A stretch of DNA of 58,445 bases, counting the filler, from Asterionella formosa (Eukaryota), in NCBI GenBank assembly GCA_002256025.1. It is 4 parts of 4 records of this genome, joined end to end, with 100 filler letters (N's around TTAATTAATTAA, not from the genome) between each part and the next. Parts side by side here need not be neighbours in the genome. Positions count along the whole stretch, not along the records: positions 43,915 to 58,445 come from NKIB01005962.1; 3 more parts are not named here. The stretch is one strand, 5' to 3'. The notes under the pieces are model-generated. The model saw only the letters and a program-made list of their open reading frames with translations. It was not told where the DNA came from and did no database searches. This document shows, one piece after another, positions 49,661-58,445 of the stretch. Position 1 is the first letter of the stretch; every line of letters begins with the position of its first letter. The position numbers and the translations under genes are program-made.

Positions 49661-52379
49661 TTTATGTTTTAGTCGCACCAAGTGTGTGTTTGAGATATGA
49701 ACAGGCTACATACAATGAATTCTACACACGAGTGTACCACAGGAAGGAATCCAGAATTAGTTCGTATGCCATACTTGATGTCGAAATACGACAACAAATT
49801 ATAAAATACACAATGCACCATGTATGAAATCGTGCATGGATTTGTACGGTTCGCCCGGTATACATAGTACACTCAATTCACCATTTTACTACTGCTAGCA
49901 TTTTGAGTTAGCTAGCAGTACCAATGTCATGCCATTTCGAGGTTGTGTTGGATATGATCTCACATCATGACAATAAATAGCAATCCAGATCGAAAATTTG
50001 TGGCCTGCTAAGAGTTAACTGGCACCAAAAAGTACAAAAAATACAAATTTACTGTTTTCGTTTGCTAGGGAATTAGGCCATCATGAAGAACAACCTGTAT
50101 GAACAAGGACCAGCATCGTTATGTTTTAAGGTGTTGGAGAAAATCTATGGTCACAATGAAAAAGAAGAATTCATATGGTCTGGAAGTAAACAAGCGAGAA
50201 ATTATTTGGGGTTACAGATTATGTGGGGTTAGCTGACAGATTGCGTATGTAAACGATCAATTCTACTTGAGTCGAGCTTTGTTTGACAAAGTAACGCCAT
50301 GACAAAAAGCTTTGTTGTGTTGGATAATCAAGGGTCGCTCATTTTATGAAGTCTAATGATTCATATTGAAAGTGAGATTCGGTTTGGGTCAATGAGAGTT
50401 CGACTAAGTCTAAAATGTGGCCAAGATTGGCTGACAAATGAAAGAAATCGTTTTCGATCGACCCCTCATTTCTTTTTTCTCGATTGTAGCGACGAAACGA
50501 AATTAATTTGGCTGTAAACAATGCGAAGAAGTTAGAATTCTATTTACCCCCATAATTAATTGCCCTTTTAGTAATTTGAAGCACAACATTCTGCATGTTC
50601 GCAAGCCAGCAAGAATAATTAATAAGCACGGCTACCGGTAATCCCATCTTTTCAGTTACAATTCATTCCCAATGAGTCGTCCCAAGTACCAGGCAGCAGC
50701 AAGTTGCGGTGGTCATTCTGCTGAAATTGATAACGTGACACAGGACAGGCGTTTGAATAGATAGAAAATATCATCAATTCACTCTTTCAAATAGTTTCTA
50801 TGATCACCACTTAGTGACATACTAGGTTTTATGCTACTTTTATTCTTCAAAACAGGGAAACATCAAAACACAACAATGACCGGGGCAATAGAGGGGCGGC
50901 CCGAAGCAAAAGTAAGCAAGTCTAGATTACTTCGCTTCATTCTCCAAACTCAAAATAGTTCTTTTCCAGTCGAAGGGAGGAAAAATAACCTATCCTAATT
51001 AACGGTTTCAAAGTGGTTGGGATTGGAAATTTGTAACTGCCAGCATCACTCATCATACCAACGACCCGATATAACTTTTATAAACTATGTATTTACAGTA
51101 CATACTACTCATGTTACTGCTGGGCTACAGGACTGTATATCGACTGTCAACTAAATCTGGGAGTTATTAATGGTATTATCGAGTTACAGGAGCAATTTTT
51201 CTTGTAGCAACAACTGAAGATAAAACATCATCATCGCTTTCAGTATCAATGAGGGGATCCTGTGTAGCTGATGGTATTCTTGTGGACAATGGGGTAGTAC
51301 CACTAACTCTGTCGCCGTTTGGGTTCCTTTGGATAATGGCCGATTCGCTTTTTCTTTGCGAACTCCTTTTGGACTTTCTTCTTTGTTCCATACCGGCAGT
51401 ATTCACCACATGTCGCTTGTTTCCATGAACCTCTTTATAGTTTTTTGAAGACATTGTACTAGGTAACTGTTGTCATTTTCAAAAAATCGATGATCTTAAA
51501 ATCAGGTGTTGTTACAATGAAAGGAATGATGAGCCACTACATATAATATTTTACGCTGTCTAAATATGATACCTGATATTTACTTATCCAAGAATTGACT
51601 GAACATTTACTATTACAGACATATGCATCAGTTGCTTGCGTTGATTTGTGATAAGTGAAACAAGAGGATACAATGGAATTTCGTGGTGTTTTGTCAGTGT
51701 AACACAACTAGATAACAAGTCATTCCTTCCCATTCTTAGTGTAACTGCATAGGACAATAAAACCAATCAAACAACGGAATAGTGGGCGATTTCAGAGTGA
51801 CACTAACAGCTTGGAGAGAGACGACACATTAAGCACTACCTGGCACGCGACTCAGAATAGAGGAAGAAAAGGGCGAGACAGGAATATACGTTAAGATGAG
51901 GCAGTGTAGAGAGAATCATTCCTTGGGTAGCTGTAGAACCAGAAATATCATTGCTAAATTTGATAATTAAATTAAGATCCATTCCAATCTATTCTGAACA
52001 ATGATTGTGAATAGAATTATGATCATGTTTAAGATAGATATACGATAAAAAAGTTCAAATGATAGCATAGAGTTTAGTTAATTTTAACATGCGTTGTAGT
52101 AACAATTTATATTTGGCGATCACAAGAAGTGAAAATAGAATGAGAAGGTTTATGATATTGACAAGAAATGTTTTTGATCAGTTGATATACCCTTTATGAT
52201 GATAATGTTCTTATTATCATCATACTTCAAGTTCGGTAAAAATATATAAATCATCATAGTTATAAAATAAATTGATAATGCCATAGTTTTGTTCCTAAAA
52301 CTATCATATATGTGAAAATCCTGTGCCACCTAGCGTACGATACCCTTGATCCTATATGCATGATACTTTTTATTTGCAG

Positions 52380-53665
52380 ACGCATATAGCGATGAAAAGC
52401 AACTGCTCCTGACAAAACTCCGGTTGTGTTCTCCTCAATGCAGTCCGTAGTGTATATCCCGCCATTTGCAAATCGTATGATCACATTTTCCGGAATTTGT
52501 ACATCCTGTGGGGGGTTGTTATTATAAATCAAAGTTTGTAATATGATATATTCACAGTTTGATGCATCCTTTCACAAGCTGCATTGGCTTGTGGGCTCCT
52601 CACACTAATTGGAAATTTTCTTATACTCCATTGACGTAAAAGTACTTGGAAATTATCTCCCATGAATTCTGTTCCTTGATCATGGATTACTCTGATACTT
52701 AAATAACTAATTCATTTCAAATGTTTTTCCTGCATGCGCCCTTTGTAGCACTTGTTGTAGCTACCCACTCGTTGCATTTCCACTAAGCTAGTTGCTGAAT
52801 CAACCATTATTAAAGCATGAAATTGCGCATCCCACGGTTTGCCAATTCAATATCCCAAGGCCCAATTAATGTATGGCAACTTCATACCATGGTGCAACTA
52901 GCGCTTCTCTTGGAGATAGATGTCCATGTCCACTACCCTGTAGTTTGTGTTTCTGACAAGTTTCACAATTTTGTACATAGTTTTCAATCTTTTCGCGCAG
53001 CTGAGGATGATATAAAATTCTCAACATTGTTGAAATCAAATTATCCCGACCTGCATGATTCCATTTTTCGTGAAACCACGAAAATGTTGCTCTTGCTCTT
53101 GCTCTTTTATCAATTCCTCTGCTTCACCAAATCTTTGATAAAAATAGATCGCCTTCGATCCACATTAGGTAATCCTCATAATGCTTCCTCATATTGCTGC
53201 TCTCTCCTCTCTCATTAGCATTAAATAGTTCACTGGAGTCCATTAATCTTCTGCATCCACATTCAAATATTCATCTAGTTTCACTTCAGACGAATAACGC
53301 TCTCGAAAAAGCAGTTGATCATTCAGCTCTATTGAATAAAAATTGATAGAAGCATTTTACAAATCAGTAAAATCCAAATACTGTAATTCATTTACATCAT
53401 GTGTGTGTGCTGGTCCATGTCGACCTGGTGATTTCTTCCTTCTCATCCGAGAGGGGGGTTCGGATGAAAAATGTGCAATTATATTTTCTGGACCCTTCAC
53501 ATAAGCAAATTTTGGACCATATCCTTTGATGAAAACTCGCACGCTGGGTGTGTAGATTAGCAAAAGTCAAATTCTTGTGATTAGTAAAAATGGTGATATC
53601 ATAACCATATAACATAGTACGAAATTCACACAGAACTTCGACAATGTACAAAAAATTTTCTCAGG
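52380..53665 (-). mobile_element. Ty3/Gypsy pol remnant (RNase H followed by integrase)
   Basis: IVEVLCEFRTMLYGYDITIFTNHKNLTFANLHTQR..YGPKFAYVKGPENIIA, then LIGPW, HDQGTEFMG, SPQANAACERMHQTV, GAVAFHRYM. Order RH-INT; heavily degenerate. Confidence 0.85.
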
Positions 53666-55136
53666 GACGTTTCCTTCCTAGGGGTGATAATTTTCCCAGT
53701 AAGTTTCCGATAAAACTTGTTATGACGTAAGATGTATCCAACCATTTTTGAATTGAAACTTTCGAACTAGAGAAACTTGATACACTTTTCTTCATGTGGT
53801 TGCCTCGCTTAGCTATTTTATGTATTATACCATAGAGACTTGACTGTGGTTTGTGCTTCCTCTGTATCTAAGTTTCGGGTATCGGCAACTGACAAAATCT
53901 GTATGGTGTTTGGTAGAGGGTATACCGACATTACATGATTTTTAAAGAGCAGGGTCATGGAAATCTAATGGGAGTGTTTCCAAAGAGGCAGGAGGCAGGA
54001 ATATACTGCTTTTTGTACCTGTTGCAAAAGCATAAGATCCAAATAAAAACTGATTTTCTTCAATGTGCAAGGGAAGGAGTTGGCGCCATGCAACAGATTC
54101 ATCAGGCTCAGTGTTCTCTGTGATTCCGGGAGGTCCTTGGTTACGTGAAAGCCTTGAGCTTTGCAATGATCCGCTAGCTGATGATCCTTTGCTGCCAGGA
54201 TACAGAGGAGGAGTGTTGTTCCATTTTTTAACCGCCATGCAAGGAAGGACAAGTGGCTGGTTGTTGGAAGTAGCCGACATTGATGACTGTTCACTGAGAT
54301 GGTAAAATATGGCGATGGAAAAAATTATAATAGTTGCTGAGAAAATTTTAAAGTATGCGTTAAAGAGCCGCAACTATTGTGGAGTTTGTTGGGTCGCACT
54401 TTGGCCCAGAGGGCCAGGTTTGTAGATGAAGAACGATGGATCTGGGCGAGGAGCCCCATGCGGCTCTTAGAGGATGGAGGAGACTTGTCTTTTAAGAATG
54501 CCTGTGAATATATGTACTGAAAATCTTGTCCTTTGTCAGCCTAGTCTCCTCGTTCATGCACATTGAGAGTCAGATACATTTCCTCCTGACACGCCTCTTT
54601 CATTGCAAGAGCGGTTGCAGTGACTTCAGCGTCTCCGACCAGTTCTTCTACAACACTAAAGTTACCTTCGTAGACCAAAACCCAAAGGTAAGTGGTAAGT
54701 TCATTGCGGAGCAGATATATCTGCATTAGCCAGTCCCATTCCGGCTTTGTGACAACCAAAGATAAATTGTTTGTTGATAGAAAAGTCTTTTGCTTCCATT
54801 GCATTATTTCCTATCTCACTTCTCCACCAACTCTTCAACTTCATCCCATCGGCACTGACATTCAGGGCAACCAAAATCGAAGCATTCGCAGACGATACAT
54901 GCCCCACAACCCTCCAATTCCGACTCTACAATTAACCGGTCTTGACATGTTGGACAAGTATCATGACTGTAGTTGAATTAGAAGACGCCTTCGTTGTCCA
55001 AACGGTGTGTATTTCACTCATTGTGGATTGTTGCGTTTTCGGTTATTAGTCATCAACAAATATTTGCCATGCCACCGGGTCGAATGACACATACATGTTG
55101 ATCGTATTACAGGGTATATATATATACATCGAACTA

Positions 55137-55359
55137 GGTGAATAGCAAATTTGGTTAGCTCACCTTCCAAGGTGGTGGGTTCGATTCCCGCATTCTTCAC
55201 CTGCTTTGCTTGTTTACGTAGTCCCTTGGGTTCCGGGTGGTGAGGCAGACAACAAGCAGGTCTAAGGCCCTCTGAGGGGCAAAGTGCGACTACACAGCAA
55301 CCTCCACAATCGTCGAGTTCTTTAATAATAGCGTACTATAAAATGTACTTAATAATTAT
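55137..55359 (+). mobile_element. tRNA(Gly-TCC)-derived SINE-like element, copy 2, with 16-bp TSD
   Basis: TSD tatatacatcgaacta (55121-55136) and tatatacatcgagcta (55360-55375). tRNA-like head with anticodon arm cacc-ttccaa-ggtg and B box GGTTCGATTCC (55178-55188). 3' end gcgtactataaaat followed by an AT-rich tail. Confidence 0.85.
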
Positions 55360-55774
55360 TATATACATCGAGCTATTTAGACTGCATAGATATATTTTTA
55401 GCGAATTCGAAAAGGAATCTATGTAAATACGCACGAATTTCCACTGATTTAAATATTCCAAATGGAATCATGTCATTCAAAATTATTCCATAGAAATTCA
55501 TAGTTCCAGGGAGTTTCGGCAACCCTACTATCGTGCGTCGCATGAGTGCTTCTGATTAGCGCTGAAGGAAACTCTCTCGAGTTGGCGTTGCTTTGGCGTA
55601 GTGCGAGTTTAATTTGCCAATTTTACATTGACAATGTGCACTTACTTCAGCCTACAGCGGCGATGTTTATGGTTGCGTCATTTTGGTGTATGAGGATGGC
55701 GAAAACTCTTTTCGCTGTCATTTCTTGGCCGATTCATACCTTCTCCGCATATGTACCATATGTTACTTGAGTTG

Positions 55775-56258
55775 TCTTTCGCAATGATTTATCCTCTAAG
55801 ACAATTTTATCTTGAACTTTTAAAATATGTAGTTGTAACATCAACTAGTTTTGTCTTGAAAATCACTGTATGATTCTGAACCATCACATGAAAACCTCAA
55901 AGAGAAGTCTTGTTCACTATAATAGTTTATATTATTAACGTGAAGTGCACAACTATAAACTGTAGTTTGTCCATTCATGAAATAAGACACCACAAATATC
56001 CTTATTACTATTTCACAAATAAAGATGCGTGTAGTAAATGAATTAGCCACGAGAGCAGGATATTAGTTGAACTTTGAAATGAATTATTTGAAATATCAAC
56101 TAATTCAGACTCGAGTTCAAAGTTCATTGTGAAAACTTCACATGAAACCGTTAAAAGTAATCTTTTTTACAGGAAGAGCGGCATTAATTCATGTCAAGTG
56201 CCCCATCATTAACACTCCTACGGAAATGAAAATTCGAAAAGTGGCGTATTTCGCGGCT
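55775..56258 (-). repeat. dispersed repeat matching 7275-7430, interrupted by a ~325-bp extra segment
   Basis: Two blocks (55775-55826 and 56150-56258) are contiguous in the 7.3-kb copy. Confidence 0.75.
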
Positions 56259-58086
56259 TCTATGTAAGCAATATTTTAATTTTTGCCTAGGGGTTCAAAT
56301 GCAGGAACCTTAACATAGATTTGTAAATGTCAATTTTAGCTCGTCACTATAGCCCATTATAAAAAATATATTTCGTATATTTCCCATCTTTCACATCGAG
56401 AATTGCAATGGGTCCAATATTGCCCATCATTAAATTATTTTTTTATATTGCCTATGTTCGCATTTTTGCATTACAATTTGTAGCGATTGCCCCTCGGTTT
56501 TCCAGCCCTGGGAATGCCAAAACTGGCAAGGGGTCTCCTTAAGGAAACCATTTTGTTTACTCTACAGATTTTAATAATTTATATCTAGAATTCACCTTGT
56601 TTTTGTTCGTCGCCTGAAAAATGACTCCGGCAACTCACCTTACACCCTGACAATCATCGTCCAAAATGCCCAGTCTGAGCGAAATTAGGTCATAGATGAC
56701 GCCAGCAGAGATTCGATGTCGATCGGATGCGGTCGGTTTTTGGTTTGCTTGTCTTCTCTTGGGATTCATGTAGTCACATCGTCCATATTTCGTTGTACAA
56801 ACGATGACATCGGTGCATATCTGATGTTGGTGGCAAGTTTTTACTCCGGTCATGCATGTGATAATGCTTAACGGATATGCTAATATTTAAGCTGTTGACT
56901 CGGTATCATCTTTACGAGACCAGAATGTTAAATTATATCGCACACATATTGATTGATTTTACATACTGTTCGCCCGATTTCGTCCTCACAATTATCCTTC
57001 TCACTCTATCCTGCCTGCCGCTGCTCTCAGCTTGGGTTCGCAACCGGAACCTTTCAATTTTCTTTTGATCCCATCTTCAGCTGTATGTTATGCTAGCTAG
57101 AGCGGATCGGTGAGTACAACAGTGAAACAATGAATGTGGAATGTAGATAATTTTTGTCGAATTTCCGATTTAGTTGCTTCCATGGTCCGTTTTGATCGCT
57201 TGTTCTGCACTGTCATTTTATTTCTATTGTATCTATCTACATAAGAACCAATGTATTTATCGATGACTAATCTTTGAAGATGTATTGTTGTTGATTGTAT
57301 TTGTTGATTTGTCTAGTCGTTGACCAGCCATCATGATGTCAATATTGCCGCCAAGCAATCTTTTTTGTACTTATGCGCTTTGCTACATTTCTACTACGAG
57401 TTCGTATCACAAGCTATGTTTAAATATTCAGCTAGAGGGAGTCGATAGTGCTGGTGCTTCCTGGTGATCACGATCAATCAGAACAGATTGTAATGGAATG
57501 ATCAGGGCTGTTTGATGGGAGGAACGACTGTGGACGGAAGGACTGCAAGCAACTTGGGTCAGGCTACTACAGCGATGTTCATGGTTACAGCAACCAGATC
57601 ATCTGCGCTACATCACGATGCGGATTTTAATTGGGTTGAGCTCTTTTCTTCTCATCTGTTTCATTTCGCTCTTCGATGGTATGATGGAAAGTTATTGATG
57701 CCTGTGTAAGTGCTACAATGCATACGCCTCATCTGAAACTCCTATTTTTTACTGTAACAAACCCAATACAATTTTTTCAATTTCTCATTTGACACTACTT
57801 ATTACATCGCATTTAATACGTTGGTTGCTCCAAACATCATGTTCAATTTTCATTGATATTGCATGTTACAATTATTCTCGTGTGTTTGATTCATGTTTTA
57901 CTATTTCTATATATACCGTATTGCCGTTAAACTTAGAGCTTAAAAATTACTTAGAAGAACCCGAATGGCAAGACGATAGCTGGAGCGGGAATTGCTGGCA
58001 CAACGCAAACTGCAGACATATTCTCGTGCAATGCTGCTTCCCCCTTCTAATGATTTCCTCAATGTTCGACATCGTCATCCCTAACA

Positions 58087-58445
58087 ATGACGGATAATGA
58101 AAGGGAAACCGTAGTCTTCGCACCATCACATGATGGTCAGGCAGCTGAGAACCCTCAAGATGCTCCTCAAGTGGAAGACGAAGCGCACGCATCAGTGCAA
58201 CTAACTCAGGTTGTCTCGGACGATCTTCTGAAAGTATCCCAACATCCTAACTTGCAACATGATATTTCCTTCCACCCTGGAACAATTCACTTTTACCTAG
58301 CCCCTCAGCAACGCCAAGCTTGGGGAGATTCACAAGTTCTGCCGAGAGTCAATTGGGGAGATGTGTTCTTCGATTTATTTTATGTCGCTGCTGCCTATAA
58401 TTTTGGAAATATACTGCACCACTCGCCAAGTGCTTCGGGCGTGTT
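58087..58445 (+). CDS. LtrA-like membrane protein (5' part; runs off the window)
   Basis: ATG at 58087 after upstream in-frame stops. Open frame reads PQQRQAWGDSQVLPRVNWGDVFFDLFYVAAAYNFG, matching the LtrA-type W.ELFFDL.FV motif. Confidence 0.65.
   Translation, partial: MTDNERETVVFAPSHDGQAAENPQDAPQVEDEAHASVQLTQVVSDDLLKVSQHPNLQHDISFHPGTIHFYLAPQQRQAWGDSQVLPRVNWGDVFFDLFYVAAAYNFGNILHHSPSASGV

Noticed and set aside
54380..54980. Possible degenerate helicase-like ORF on the minus strand (TLNVH...KGQDF)
   Set aside because: A single weak motif interrupted by a stop; insufficient support.
55137..55201. Functional tRNA-Gly(TCC) gene
   Set aside because: Only ~65 nt, with a poor D arm, no variable loop and a misregistered acceptor stem. 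It is embedded in a TSD-flanked repeat, so it is treated as a SINE head.
55218..55248. Resemblance to 7SL/Alu (gtagtccc...cgggtggtgaggcag)
   Set aside because: Short match, weaker in copy 1, with no other SRP features; probably coincidental, and an Rfam search would settle it.

Overview
Eukaryotic nuclear DNA from a gapped draft assembly, most likely a diatom (short GT-AG introns, a bipartite 'VEA-FTSP' plastid presequence, stramenopile-like genes). Compact housekeeping genes: PRCC-like, cyclin H, a TPR protein, a plastid bPH_2 protein, GH29 alpha-L-fucosidase, CCT6, elongin-B-like, a rhomboid protease, OPA3-like, a cyclophilin, atlastin, Rab6, D-lactate dehydrogenase, a PX protein and a partial LtrA-like gene. 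These alternate with TE-rich blocks (about 3-11 kb, 35-37 kb and 40-57 kb). The blocks hold a pogo/Tigger remnant with TA TSD, two tandem TTAA-bounded Kolobok-type units, a related Kolobok-type transposase pseudogene, Plavaka-like and Ty3/Gypsy remnants, a long-TIR foldback element and an ornithine decarboxylase pseudogene. Two observations stand out. (1) A ~225-bp tRNA-headed SINE-like family is present in two diverged copies (one with a 16-bp TSD) that keep a covarying, pseudoknot-capable fold. (2) Non-coding DNA is full of TA-C(N1-4)G-TA chains (e.g. TACCAGGTACCAGGTA) that are polymorphic insertions at TA between paralogous repeats and look like accumulated transposon excision footprints. 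All calls come from reading the sequence by eye; no searches were run.
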